The position numbers and the translations under genes were made by a program. Shown here piece by piece: positions 18,940 through 33,265 of a DNA stretch of 64,000 nt. The DNA lies in the NCBI GenBank assembly GCA_030141605.1, contig JAQGDQ010000107.1, positions 552,569-616,568 of the forward strand, read 5' to 3'. The number at the start of each line of letters is the position of its first letter. Position 1 is the first letter of the stretch. The notes under the pieces are model-generated. The model did not search any database, was not told where the DNA came from, and saw nothing but the letters and a program-made list of their open reading frames with translations. This stretch comes from Tubiluchus corallicola (Eukaryota > Animalia > Priapulida).

Positions 18940-19429
18940 AGTATCTATATCTGTTCATCTATTAACTTAGAAGTCTAAAGTATTTTACAGCTTAAACATT
19001 AAATTACATACAAGACAGTTATGGACGCAACGTGCACAAATAATAAACGTTGAAGCTAAAGTATCACTGATAGAATTCTACACCAGCCTGGTACTTGGCG
19101 TTTAGTCCTTGTAAGCGATACCAAGACGTGCGCGCCATTGTTGAGTTCAAGTATTGACTTTTCAGCACAAACATTCATACATCTGCCTGTCAATACGTCT
19201 ACTTTACTTACTACGTATCCGAATTTTATCGATTTTTTGAAGCACCATGTCGCCATGGCAGTAGAAACTCAGTTCCATACATTTCTGATATTCAAAACGG
19301 ATTTTACTGTTTATCCTGGTTCCCACTACAGGAGTATCGCCTGTCACGTGACCTCTTTGAATATTTTATGGCAAAAAAGATTCGTTTGTTGAATCTGCTG
19401 TTGAAATAGCAACCAACCGTTGAAGCAAA

Positions 19430-20040
19430 CCTGGACCCAAACTGCAACTCAAAACAATCTACTCTTTAAAATATTGAAAGGAAACGTACTATGTTTTCAA
19501 AAATGACTTACGTGAAAGAATTATTACCACACAAACACAATTGCACGTTTGCACCACTAGTTCTTCACTGTTACATGCATTTCACCATTTGCTAGTTAGA
19601 CGGGCACTAGCGCCTGCATTCGATATGCATTGCACAGAAAACAGGTGCTGTACCTCTCAGTTCAGATGTGTTTATTTGTGACGAACTGCACACGTTCGAC
19701 AGCTCGCACGTGAGGATAGAGGTAAATTTGAAATTTGAATTTCTATCTTAAAACTTGCCTAGTTCTAGTACAACACACTGAATACCTTACAGTAGCACAG
19801 TAATTCAATTTTCGCTTTCATAAACACGTGCAACACGCTCGTGGAATATTTTTGTTGTTGAAAATTATGTTAGTTTATGACGTCATCAATAGTTGGGCTC
19901 GTTAGTCGTTAATTAAGTTCTTAATCTGTTATTTAATTATCTGAAACGCTTTTGCAGTATTAATTGTGTTAAAATGTATACTTTTTACAGTACTTGAAAA
20001 TGGGGTAGTGTATGAAAAATCATCCTGTCTTCCTTTAGCA
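19430..20040 (+). mobile_element. Dispersed non-autonomous DNA element family A (Kolobok-like end ...CATCCTGTCTTCCTTTA); copies at 30270-30760 (-), 61390-61980 (+), 24920-25060 (-)
   Basis: The copies share GCTAGTTAGACGGGCACTAGCGCCTG and CAGGTGCTGTACCTCTCAGTTCAGATGTG. The terminus CCT-TTAA is consistent with a TTAA target. The superfamily assignment is an inference. Confidence 0.8.
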
Positions 20041-21199
20041 TTTCTGAAGTTTAAGTTCCTACACACTCAACGCCAGACTTGTGGCACGATTGGAACATAG
20101 TCCACAAGCAAGATTCTTACCTAAGACGAACCACTGTACCGGCTGAAGTATTTAGCCACGTTTTGTCGTGTAGATGCATCTTTCCTTTGAGAGATAAACA
20201 GCCAAGATCAGCACACCGAACATAACTAGTTGGAACGTGGACCGGATTCAGATCCACTTGGAACGTGGATTTGGAATGTGGACTGCTTCTACGGTTCTTT
20301 ACAGTTACTTAAGCAGAGCAAATTCGCCACTCTACCCAAATTAGTGATTAAAGGGAAGGTCAACGAATTTTGAAGCATGTTTATAATCATCTAGCAGTAC
20401 TGCTATTGGTTTTCAAAGCTTGGATTAAAAGACACAGTTTTTTATCAAATAAATGATTTCAATAATTCCGCAGATGACCACGATTCGAAACTCCCAGAAT
20501 GCATCAGTAACTTAGATTTTTCTTCTTTACTAAGCGATTTTTAAATCACTTTCACTGAATTCTAATAACATTTGAGTGCCATGTAATTACTCATATTTAT
20601 CTGACGGCATACACTAGTTTAGTAAAGCTCCGCTCACATCACCAATATGATTTGATTTTTTGCTTTAATATTTTATTTCCAACTTTACAAAGTTCATATA
20701 CACATCACAAATTAATAAAAATAATACAATAAATCATGACACGCAACAATAACACAAATAACAATTAACGATATAACAAACTATGCCAATAGTTTGATCT
20801 TGTTTTTTGATGAGAACGTGTAAGTATTTAAAACTTTTTCTGATGACTTTCAGCAGTTTAGTAATGCTCCGTCCACACATCACCACAATGAGCACGTGTA
20901 AGCATTAAAATCTTTTTCTAATGATTTTCTGCAATTTAACAAAGCTCCTTCCACATCATTAGAAATCGAGTAAGGTTACTACTGGACCACAAGAAAGATG
21001 GTTCAGTTGCAAGCTGCAGACCTGTGATTGGCAAAGCTATGTTGAAGAGAAACACACAGGCACTAAGCTTTACATTGGAGGGATCAAGCTCAAATTTATT
21101 GATTTTTAGGCTGCGGAAACTTTCATGATCGTCATTTCTACAAACATTTTACATGGCCTATTTGCACAACTAAGAATTGCTGCTTATAGTAATCTCAAA

Positions 21200-21855
21200 T
21201 TAAAGATCTTTTCAGTGCGCCATACATCCCCGGTTCCTATCAAAATCTGACATAAATTTCATCTGCGTAGCGTGTCGATCTGCTACACTGAAACGCGAGA
21301 ATTGTGTCCTTTTCGCTCGGCATTTTCGCAGTTTCTTTATGCGCACGCGCAGTTGCTGTAGGTCAAAGGTCAAATGTGCCTCTGCAATGCGTCTTAGCTA
21401 CAAACGTCCCACGATGTATGGGTAAAGCAAAACCGTCTGCCGCATTAGTTTAGTAAACTTCAATTGTTTTACGTGGACTTTACTTAATTACGCATTAGTC
21501 TGTAGGATTAAATGTACCGCATCGACATGTCTCAACTACAAGCATCGCATAACACGTATGTAAAGCAAAGCCGTCTGCCGCATCTGTTCAGTAACTTCAG
21601 TTGTTTTACGTGGACTTTACTTAATTATTCATTAGTCTGTGTGTAGAGTGATTTACTAGCAGGATCTTGCTTGAGAACAAGGAAAAATGAACTAGGTAAG
21701 GTTCTAGCTAGCTGTTAAAACTGTTACTATTACAACAGCATGGGCTGCAAGGCGTTGTCAAGTGTACGCAAATGTGTTGTCTGGTACACTTAACCTTTGA
21801 CCTTTTCACGATCATCATCATACATTATTGGAACTGTGAAAAAGCTTATTCTGCA
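21200..21855 (+). mobile_element. Family B element, longest copy, with an internal duplication
   Basis: Subterminal inverted repeat AGGTCAAAGGTCAA ... CTTAACCTTTGACCT; the GTAAAGCAAA block occurs twice. Confidence 0.8.
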
Positions 21856-22797
21856 AAAAAGCATTACAAATTACAGGATTCGTTTGAATTTTTGAGAACT
21901 GAAAAGAAAACATTGAAAATTTTAACATTTAAAACAAGAATTAAACTTGAAACATCACATCAGCGTCCTGTAACAATCTTGGCTTACGCAAACGTGCTTG
22001 ACGCGCAGCGAAGATGCCTATCATGAAAAGTTATCATGAACTGCAGTGTTAGTTTCTGACGTCATATGATGTAGAGCGCATTTTTCGTGACATCATGCGC
22101 TTAAACAGTACTGTAACACTTATGCAAATGTGCTTGATGCGCAAGGAAAGACGCCCGCCATTGCATAAACTGTGGTTAGTTTGTGACGTAAGTGATAACT
22201 ATGTTTGGTTGCCCGTTAATTAACTTTCCAAGATAATTAATCAAATATCATAAACAATTGTTAACATTATTGGCAAGAAAATGCATATTTTGGACAGTAA
22301 ATTAAATTGAGATTGAGTCTAATCAATCGTCCGATCTTCCTTTAAATGTCTAAAAGTAAAAAAAACACATTTGATTTACCACAAAGATACAACGAGCTTT
22401 TATTACATTCACAGAGCTTGTATGAGCAACCAGACTGGACACTGGTTAAACACAACTGACCTCCTGTAAAGCATTACAAAAATTCTTTGGCCCTAATTCA
22501 GCTTTCTTCTTATCTCGCCGTCTTTTAGACATACTTTCCATTATCGTATTCATTTATGCTAAACTGTGACTGACCCAGGGGCTATTTTGACTTTCAAGGA
22601 ATGCACATGTGAACAGATTAGAGCAAAATAAGCAAAGTAGTTCATCGAAAATTGAAAGTCGTGAGTTCGCAATCGTGTTTTTCCTATTTATTAATATTAT
22701 GATATTTTTCTATTTTTAAAAAATGCCCTGCTCCATGATTATAATTACTTAATATTTAAAAAACTTTTAATGTTAAACTAATTGGAGAAAATAAATG

Positions 22798-24060
22798 TTC
22801 TATGTCTATGTCTATGTCTATGTCTATGTCTATGTCTATGTCTATGTCTATGTCTATGTCTATGTCTATGTCTATGTCTATGTCTATGTCTATGTCTATG
22901 TCTATGTCTATGTCTATGTCTATGTCTATGTCTATGTCTATGTCTTGTCTATCTCTATGTCTATGTCTATGTCTATGTCTATGTCTTGTCTATGTCTATG
23001 TCTATGTCTTGTCTATGTCTTGTCTATGTCTATGTCTATGTCTATGTCTTATTTGACGGAGAATTATTGTCAATTGGAAATTCTATTATTTATGATTGTA
23101 TGCATAGTGTGACGTCCGTGACGTCAGTCTGGAATATAAGAACTACCGAGCAGCATTGCAACCCTTTTAATATAGTTGACTGTATTCTAGTATGATTTTG
23201 TGTATCTCCCATACTTAGGCTGCAGTCACTATACTGTCCGACTGCAGTCACTACAACTGATAAGCATACTCACCTTACATCTTTCTCCCTCACCTGGGTT
23301 GGGCTAACTAGTCTTCTGATTATCTTAGGTTATCTAAAAACGTGGCTTGTAATTATAACAACTTTGTTGTTCTTTTGGGCTAAAGTGAATTGTTTTTAGT
23401 TCTTATTATCTCATTAAATCAAGAATTTATCGGTAATATTAAAAACTGTTTTGTTTGCTTCTATTCGGTATACATGTCTGTGAACTATGCTTAAATGGAA
23501 AGATTCACTGAACCCACGTGTCAGAAATTAGTAGGAAAAAGTGGTGTCATAACAAAAGTGTCCCATATCACACAGATTTTGAACTAAAATAGTATAGGTT
23601 TTTTGTTAGTAGACATATAACTGCATCATTATGATTATCGTATAGGTAAAAATTTTCAAATAAATAAATACAAATGTTTAGTTAATAGTTTCTTCCGCTT
23701 TATGGATTTTAGAACTAAATATGTATAACTGTGTATATACCTATATATGTTGGGTCAAATGGTAGTATAATCTGGAAATCATTACCCGTGTTCTGCCCGC
23801 TGATAAAACCATCGGGCATACGTTGATTTTGTAATTTTCGTGTAAGAAATTTGATTTTCAGTAATAAAATACCTAGCTATCTAAAACTTAATATATAGTG
23901 TTAGAGTTCTGAAAGGAATGAGTGTAAGAAAGGTCTATGTCTATGTCTATGTCTATGTCTATGTCTATGTCTATGTCTATGTCTATGTCTATGTCTATGT
24001 CTATGTCTATGTCCATGTCCATGTCCATGTCCATGTCCATGTCCATGTCTATGTCCATCT
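22798..24060. repeat. Two (TATGTC)n hexanucleotide microsatellites (22798-23050, 23934-24060)
   Basis: Direct reading. Confidence 0.95.
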
Positions 24061-24107
24061 GTTTACATGAGAATACTTTCTGTTTTGCTCGTATTAGTAT
24101 AGTAAGA

Positions 24108-24952
24108 TACAAGACGAATAAGGCCCAGTGCTCTCTTGAAGGAAGACAGGATGATTATTCACATACTAGACGAATAAGACCCAGTGCTCTCTTGAAGGAA
24201 GACAGAATGATTATTCACATACAAGACGAATAAGACCCAGCGCTCTCTTGAAGGAAGACAGGATGATTATTCACATACTAGACGAATAAGACCCAGCGCT
24301 CTCTTGAAGGAAGACAGGATGATTATTCACATACTAGACGAATAAGACCCAGCGCTCTCTTGAAGGAAGACAGGATGATTATTCACATACTAGACGAATA
24401 AGACCCAGCGCTCTCTTGAAGGAAGACAGGATGATTATTCACATACTAGACAAATAAGACCCAGCGCTCTCTTGAAGGAAGACAGGGTGATTTTTCATAT
24501 ACTAGACGAATAAGACCCAGTGCTCTCTTGAAGGAAGACAGGATGATTATTCACACACTAAACGAATAAGACCCAGCGCTCTCTTGAAGGAAGACAGGAT
24601 GATTATTCACATACTAGACGAATAAGACCCAGCGCTCTTTTGAAAGAAGACAGGATGATTATTCACATACTAGACGAATAAGGCCCAGCGCTCTCTTGAA
24701 GGAAGACAGGATGATTATTCACATACTAGACGAATAAGACCCAGTACCCTCTTGAAGGAAGACAGGATGATTATTCACATACTAGACGAATAAGGCCCAG
24801 CGCTCTTTTGAAGGAAGACAGGATGATTATTCACATACTAGACGAATAAGACCCAGTGCTCTTTTGAAGGAAGAAGGATGATTATTCACATACTAGACGA
24901 ATAAAGCCCATGGCTCTCTCAAAGGAAGACAGGACGATTTTTCATATACTAG
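24108..24952. repeat. 56-bp minisatellite, ~15 copies, containing the family A transposon terminus
   Basis: Unit TAGACGAATAAGACCCAGCGCTCTCTTGAAGGAAGACAGGATGATTATTCACATAC (period 24279 to 24335). The last unit runs into family A sequence. Confidence 0.93.
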
Positions 24953-25119
24953 CCTATTTTCAAGCCCGATAAACAGTAAACATTTTAACACAAGTAATAC
25001 TGCAGATGCGTTTTTAATAATTACGTAATAGATTAAAAACTTAATTAACGGCAGGCGAGCCTTTATTAAACGTCACAAACTTTATTAAAAAGTTTAAAAA
25101 AATCAAATTTAAAAAATTT

Positions 25120-25330
25120 AACATTAAAAACTTAAATTAAAAACTCATGCCAAACTTTTCGGCTAGCTAGCTGCTACAAACATACAAAATTTACAAACAT
25201 ACAACCAGTTTACATACATTATCTATGTTTGTAGATTTACTACTGATGACGACAGCATCAGCTAGTCGAAACGTTTGGCATGAGTTTTTAATCTAAGTTT
25301 TTAATGTAAAACTTTTTAAATAAAGTTCTC
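25120..25330 (+). mobile_element. Penelope-like pseudo-LTR remnant in inverted arrangement, with a hammerhead-like core
   Basis: 25120-25170 is the reverse complement of ~25260-25308. The core CTGATGA-C-GAC..GTC-GAAA-CG-TT starts at 25243, and AATAAA follows. Confidence 0.6.
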
Positions 25331-26049
25331 TTGTTTTAAACTATAAATGTTTTATGTGCCCGTAATAAAACTGTCTTGAATTAACTTCAGCATTGTGACC
25401 AGAACTTCAAATAACTGAGATTTATTAATGAAAGAAAGTTTATCTAATGTACCCAAATAAGTCTTCCCTTTTAATTTAACCTTTTAATGTAATTTTTTAA
25501 AAACCAGTTGTCTTGTTTTAAACTATAAATGTTTTTATGTGCCCGTAATAAAACTGGCTTGAATTAACTTCAGCATTGTGACCAAAGCCACAGATAACTG
25601 GAACTTATTAATGAAAGAAAGTTCATCTAATGTATCCAAATACGTCTTCCCTTAATTTAAGTTTTTAATGTATAACTTTTTAAATAAAGTTGTCTTGTTT
25701 TAAGCTATAAATGTTTTTATGTGCCTGTAATAAAATTGGCTTGAACTAATAAATAATTTGCATAAACGCTGCTGCAGTGTGAATAAAATGCCTGCATATT
25801 TTACCATAACAACGTCCACACAATTACTTGCACTTTGCAATCACTGAGCCGTGCAAATAGTGAGAACAGGTCAACATTGCAAAGGGATTAAAAAACAGAA
25901 AGGCAGGAATTTGCTGCTTTAACAATTAAACAATTAGCAGCCGTGCAGTAACACTGTGTTAGCATTAACCCATATATTAAATGGCAACAAACTCAAACTT
26001 GTGGGTTTGTTTGCTGCTGACGAAAGCGAACGTGAGTTTTCAAAAAGCT

Positions 26050-26440
26050 CTACATGCGTTGTAGAACAAGTTCCTGGGAGCATGCGTGGTAGAACAAGTT
26101 CCCGGGAACATGCGTGGTAGAACAAGTTCACGGGAACATGCGTGGTAGAACAAGTTCACGGGAACATGCGTGGTAGAACAAGTTCACGGGAACATGCGTG
26201 GTAGAACAAGTTCCTGGGAGCATGCGTGGTAGAACAAGTTCCCGGGAACATGCGTAGTAGAACAAGTTCCCGAGAACATGCGTTGTAGAACAAGTTCCCG
26301 GGAACATGCGTTGTAGAACAAGTTCCCGGGAACATGCGTTGTAGAACAAGTTCCTGGGGACATGCATTGTAGAACAAGTTCCAGGGAACATGCGTTGTAG
26401 AACAAGTTCCTGGGAACATGCGTAGTAGAACAAGTTCCTG
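26050..26440. repeat. 28-bp minisatellite, ~14 copies (GGAACATGCGTGGTAGAACAAGTTCCCG)
   Basis: Direct head-to-tail repeats. Confidence 0.95.
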
Positions 26441-26706
26441 CGAAGTGTAGTTATGCATGCAAAGGCATGTTTATAATCGATTTCTTCTTTATTCTGTAAA
26501 CCATCTTCATTGTTTTACCTTGTGACAGAATGTTGCAGTGATCTGCTAGATCATTTTCTGTTATGCTAAATCATTTATTTGACCAGTGTACCAACTATTT
26601 TACAATTATACCAACGCTGTTTTGAAATTTACACTAATACTTCCGCCTTAATAGTTTTGAATTTTGACATATTTGATTTGTTTAAAAATAATCCCCAAAT
26701 CGAGAT

Positions 26707-27310
<604 letters not shown>

Positions 27311-27514
27311 TTAAATGTTTACATAATGTTTAGGAATAACCTAACAACAAAAACTCTAGTCGTAAGTCTGATAGTCAACTTTGGCACCTGGCAATCCTCA
27401 TTAGAGCTGGTCTGTGATCTCTGTACAGACATCTTCTACTTTTCTCTGTGGTCAACTAGTGACCACCGGCTCATTCCTTATAAAAGGAGTGCTTACTCTT
27501 GGAAATATGTACCA

Positions 27515-27885
27515 GACGGTAATAAAGTCACAGGAAAATTGGCGCTGGCAATAAAAGTCACAATTTTGGTTAGGAAAAAAGTCACATTAATTTTGACTGG
27601 CTTATGGTTATTTCTTTTTTCCTGTAACTTTTTGTAACATTTTACCTTTGACTTTTCCTGTTACTTTTCTTCTGTGACTTTTTACCCGTGACTTTTTTCC
27701 TGTGACTTTTTCCTGAGACTTTTGAGTTTTTAAAAGGTAATTTTTTCTGTGACTTTCTTCTGTGACTTTTTACCTGTGACTTTCTTCCTGTGAGTTTTGA
27801 CTTTTTAACCTGTAATTTTTTCCTGTGACTTTTTTACTAGTGACTTTTTTAACCAGCGATTTTTTTTCTGTGACTTTTTCACGTG
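27515..27885. mobile_element. Non-autonomous element with AAAAGTCAC / GTGACTTTT inverted sub-repeats (possibly Helentron-associated)
   Basis: Several AAAGTCACA motifs followed by ~15 imperfect (C)TGTGACTTTTT units. Confidence 0.45.
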
Positions 27886-28982
27886 AATTCGCTTGATACC
27901 ACAAGTTGTGCAACTGATGTAGTAGACGACTTTGCTTTACCCACATGCCACGTGGCCGTTGTAGTTAAGACGCGTTGCTGTGGTACACTTAACTTTTGAC
28001 CTACAACAACTGCGCGTGCGCACAACGAAACTGTGAAAAGTCCCCTCTCACGTGTCTATTTATACATTGTTACAACATCATCCAAACATGTCAGCTTATA
28101 ATGTTCGTTCTTATTGTACAGCTGTTTTCTCTGTCAAAAGAAAGTGAGTTTTGAATAAGAGTGGATTAGTGAACAGAACTGGTACAGCACACATCACAGT
28201 GACCTCAAAAGAACTTCTGCTTAAGCGTCTATAGAAAACAGTTGTAAGCTAACTCATGTATAATAAACCTGGATGTGAGATCTCGTAACAAATCGTTTCG
28301 GTTTCCTCCGGGTTTCTTATTTGTGGAATCTTTCAGCAGAAATATGCTTTCCTATACATTGTGCTTTTTAAAAAGAATTTTAATGGAATCCGATCCTGCG
28401 TCAAATCTTAGATAGCCACTAGCCACTTAGGGAACGAATGCATTCTCTATTGACTGGAAGAAGTAGCCGCAATCATTTTACGAATTATTAGCCACCCATT
28501 CATTTACTATCCAGGCTTGATATTTCATTGCTCGGTGGTACGTATGCACACGCTGTACCCACTCAGTTGCATTCGTCGACTGGCATAAGAGATGTGTATG
28601 TCAATAAGTATTTCTTTATCGCCAAAAAATTTTCCTGATTACGTCATGACCAAGACTCCTTTAAACCTATAATTTATTATTAAAAAAAACAACAACTTCA
28701 TTAAAAGTTTAATTTACATATGTTTAAAAGACATGTGCAAACGTTTGGACAACAATCAGCTGTTACCATCGCTGTCAAGACGCAAGAACATGAATTTAAA
28801 CATTTGTAAATTAAAGCCTTTAATAAAACTCGTGTTATTCTAATAATAAATGTGTTGAAGTGCCTGTATCAAATCGATACTGGTTCAATCCAGGTGTATT
28901 TCATAACAGGAAAACACAACTAAGCTAATCATAAGCTACATAAATTTAACTGCCAGTCGTTAAAAAGATTGCATAAATATAC

Positions 28983-29262
28983 TATAATATAATGTAATGT
29001 AATGTAATGTAATGTAATGTAATGTAATGTAATGTAATGTAATGTAATGTAATATAATATAATATAATATAATATAATGTAATGTAATGTAATGTAATGT
29101 GATGTAATATAACAAAATATAACATAACGTATGAAATCTAATGTAATATAATATGATGTGATGTGATGTGATATGATATGATACGATATGATTTAACATA
29201 ATGTAACGTTATGTTGTTGTGTAATGAAATGTAATGTAATGTAATACAATATAATATGATAG
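28983..29262. repeat. (AATGT/AATAT)n pentanucleotide repeat
   Basis: Direct reading. Confidence 0.9.
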
Positions 29263-30269
29263 TTCACTATTTTTTGCCTAAAAATTTGTACGAGTGTCAC
29301 GTGATCACGAATGAATATCTTAATACACAATGTAGTATTCAAAGTAAAATTCGTAGAACTCATGTTTAAACATTAGACCAACAACACAGAGTTACCCATT
29401 GACCAATGACCATATTAGGACAAGCAGATCTTAATCAGCCTCGGATTCTTTTCTAAATCAGCCTCAAATTCTTTTGACAGTTTGGAAAAAAAAGAGAAAG
29501 AAATTCGTTAGGCTACAGCAGGTCATTCTATAGTTTTTGAGGTAGGTTAAATGTTCACAAGTCAACCTGTGGCTTAACTAAGACCTCTAGGCTGTGTTGA
29601 GAAGTGAAATAAGCATAGGAAAATACACAAATGAAGTTACTAGGGCTTTGTGGTAGTGAAAACGCTGCCTACCTTGCGAAATTCCTCTTATAAGAGCCAT
29701 TGGTTTAGTCAATAGAAACTTGGTAAATGCAAAGAGGCTGCCTAATTGTACAGTCGAGTAATTTTATAGTACTCCAAATCACCTCCTGTTGTAGATTTGA
29801 ACGCCATTCGTCTTAAGGGCCAAGGAAATATCACTTAGATTTGTCCGGTCCACTTCTGTTAAGACTGAGTGTCATTACTTATAGTAATAAAATGATCAGC
29901 AAACAATGATTTTGATGTAGATAACGTTGTTAACTAGAACATTGTTAACTAGATCATTGTCAACTAGAACATTGTTGACTAGAGCATTGTCAACTAGAAC
30001 ATTGTTGAATAGATTGTTAAAGTCAGCAAACTCCAGGCTGTCAAGTGTTTGTAATAACGCCTCTTCGCCGCTGTGAATTGATGACTTCCCTTTTGTAATC
30101 ATTGATCTCTTTCGAAATGCGTTACGTGTTAAACAATTTTCGAAAATTGATGAGTTGTTCTATTTGTCTTGCTTCTTATAGAACCTGATCATGCACTACC
30201 CCATTTCAAGTCTCATAAAAAGTATGCGTTTTAACATAATTAATACTGTAAAAGTGTTACTGAGAATTA

Positions 30270-30760
30270 AATACTAGACTAAAACTTTAATTAACGGCAG
30301 GCTAACCCAACTATTGATGACATCACAAACTAACATAATTTTCAACAGCAAAAATATTCCGCGCGCGTGTTCCACGTGTTTGCGAAAGTGAATATAGAAG
30401 TACAGTGCTGCTGTAAGATATTCAGTGTGTTGTACTAAAACTAGGCAAGTTTTAAAAGATAAAAATTCAAATTTCAAATTTACCGTTTTACTCACGCATG
30501 AACTGTGGAACGTGTAAAGTTCGCCACAAACTAACACATCTGAACTGAGAGGTACAGCACCTGTTTTTTGTGCAATACGTTTCCGAAATTCAGGCGCTAG
30601 TGCCCGTCTAACCAGCGAATGGTGAAATGCATGTAACAGCGAAGAACTAGTGGCGCGAACGTGAAATTGTGGTAATAATTCTTACACGCAAGTCACTTTT
30701 GAAAAAAATAGTACGTTTCCTTTAAATATTTTAAAGAGTAGATTGTTTTGAACTTCCGTT
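30270..30760 (-). mobile_element. Family A element copy (inverted)
   Basis: Reverse complement of the 19450-19920 sequence. Confidence 0.8.
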
Positions 30761-31449
30761 TAAGATTGGATCCGGTTTTGTTTTAAGGAAAATTAAAGCA
30801 GTTTAAACGCCTGTATTTTACCTACAGTGGAAAAAATTCAGTGACATAGAACATGAATTTATCGTCAATTTAACGAACTTTTTAACTAATTTTAACACAA
30901 ACTGATCACGTGTTCCAGTCTCCTAGCACCGTATACTACCAGCTAGAACACGATGTGAAAATGAAGTTTTGTAGCAAAAATTTCTGATTTGTTCTAATTC
31001 GACATTTTCTGCAGAAATGGAGCTACGCCACTACCGTTTCATTTGAAAACAAAGTAACTAATTGTTTATCGGAATTGGCTACAACATCAAAGACGCTTCT
31101 ATAATCATAACAACTTGTCACCGTAATTGCTATTAAATACTCAACAGCCATAGAAAAAGTTATTAACATAAGTAACCAGCTAGAAAATTTGCTTATTGCC
31201 TTGTCTGTAATTGACCAGCAAACATTGAAATTTATTGATTAATATTGACAGTCCTTACATCTTCTCTCTCCGCTCTGTTAAAGGTAAATAAATAGTAAAA
31301 AAGTTATTGAACAACTGATCGTATTAATAATTATTAAATTAACACAAATTAATTTACTTAATTACATCCCATTAGTAGGTACAACTAATCTTAAATGGTT
31401 TTTTACTTGCCAGGTAGTTAGAAAGAATGGAATGCCTAGGTGAAGCAAA

Positions 31450-31478
31450 ATTTGTTGTTTCTGCTGTTGTTGTTGTTG

Positions 31479-31523
<45 letters not shown>

Positions 31524-31613
31524 TTGTTGTTGTTGTTGTTGTTGTTGCTGCTGCTGCTGTTGTTGTTGTTGTTGTTGTTGCTGCTGTTGTTGTTATTGTT
31601 GTTGTTGCTCTGC

Positions 31614-31644
<31 letters not shown>

Positions 31645-31839
31645 GCTCTGCTGTTGTTGCTGTTGCTGTTGTTGTTGTTGTTGTTGCTCTGCTGTTGTTG
31701 CTGTTTTTGTTGTTGTTGTTGCTGCTGCTGCTGCTGCTGCTGTTGTTGTTGTTGTTGTTGCTGCTGCTGTTGTTGTTGTTGTTGTTGTTGTTGCTGCTGC
31801 TGCTGCTGTTGTTGTTGTTGTTGTTGCTGCTGCTGCTGC

Positions 31840-31870
<31 letters not shown>

Positions 31871-32333
31871 GCTGCTGCTGCTGCTGTTGTTGTTGTTGTT
31901 GTTGTTGTTGTTGCTGCTGCTGTTGCTGCTGCTGCTGTTGTTGTTGTTGCTGCTGCTGTTGTTGTTGTTGTTGTTGTCATTTTTGTTGTTGTTGCTCAGC
32001 TGTTGTTGCTGTTGCTGTTGTTGCTGTTGCTATTGCAGTTGCTGTTGCTGTTGGTGTTGCCTGTTGCTGTTGCTGTTATTGTTGTTGCTGCTGCTGTTGT
32101 TGTTATTGTTGTTGCTGCTGCTGCTGCTGTTGTTGTTATTGTTGTTGTTGCTCTGCTGTTGTTGTTGTTGTTGTTGTTGCTCTGCTGTTGTTGCTGTTGC
32201 TGTTGTTGTTGTTGTTGTTGCTCTGCTGTTGTTGCTGTTGCTGCTGTTGCTGTTGTTGTTGCAGTTGATGTTGCCTGTTGCTGCTGTTGCCTGTTGCTGT
32301 TGTTGTTGTTGTTGTTGTTGTTTTGTTGTTGTT
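31450..32333. repeat. Long interspersed (GTT)/(GCT) trinucleotide tract
   Basis: Direct reading; it is the source of the poly-V/L/C/T/Q ORFs. Confidence 0.95.
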
Positions 32334-33265
32334 GAGAGCATTTTCTGCTAACCTTGCACCTAACATTTTTAACAATTAATAAAAATACCCCAGCATTTGT
32401 TGTCAGAAACTTTCCATTTTATTCTCTGCATGTGAACGGCGCTCAAGCTTTTCCTGTTACATCCTAATAGTCCAACAACTTTCAATAATTGCCCAACTTT
32501 CTCTAACTTCGTGTTTGACGTTCCTACATTAAATCACTCGAGCTCATCACTCAACAAACGACTCTAATCTATCGTTAATCTGCCATTGTTAATCCCTTTC
32601 TGTGTAGATTAGAATCGAACTCACCACAGCTCTCAGCCGTAACAGAGCAGAACTCAACAAACTAGGATCTGGGCTAGCCGTACTCGCCAGCTACCTGCTC
32701 TCAATGAGGACCGGAGCCTTCGCTTTTTGTCTGAGAGAAATTTTTGGGTCACTAGTCGAGAGAGAGGCTACGAGAGAAAGGGATGCAAAATAGGGTCACT
32801 GCTGACGAAATGCCGAATAAATACCCAGTCATGCCGACACGGGGTATGTTTGAAAAGATCTTATTGCGAAGGGAAGGTGTGTGAAGTTCTTCTGTGATTC
32901 TAGTATCAGGTACATCGTTATCTTATTGTGGTCGTTTAGGTTTTTTCAATTACTCGGATAAACTTTAATTGGAAAACTTCTGCGCATACTTCCTCTAAGA
33001 TTGGACTCGTTTAAATTATCTTATATATATCAACGATTGTTATGAGTTAAAATGTAAACCATGTTAATGTCAGACGAGATTTCAAAGTATAAGGTTGCGA
33101 TTAACTAATAGCGATTAATGGTATGATAAAATTACGTAGCGGCGTCTTTATTATAAACTAAATGCGGAAACTGCGTCTGGAGGATTAAGAATTTAAAGAA
33201 ATGCTACGTTGTTTCCTTCTCTCATTTGATCTTAATAAAGTTATATATAAACGTGATTGTTGAAC

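Noticed and set aside
22400-22560. Minus-strand ...KNFCNALQEVSCV* as the last exon of a second Ly6 gene
   Set aside because: It lacks the other cysteines, an acceptor in frame and a GPI tail.
26050-26440. 28-bp partly palindromic repeat as a CRISPR repeat
   Set aside because: There are no spacers; it is a simple tandem minisatellite.
29780-30102. Minus-strand EALLQTLDSLEFADF / VLTEVDRTNLSDISLAL resembling a death-fold helix
   Set aside because: It is too short, interrupted by a 30-bp repeat and stops, and has no convincing exon structure.
31372-32375. Long poly-Thr/Val/Leu/Cys/Gln ORFs (also 26579-27304, 15605-15978, 36792-37574, 58526-59110)
   Set aside because: They are open only because simple repeats lack stops; there is no splice or signal context.
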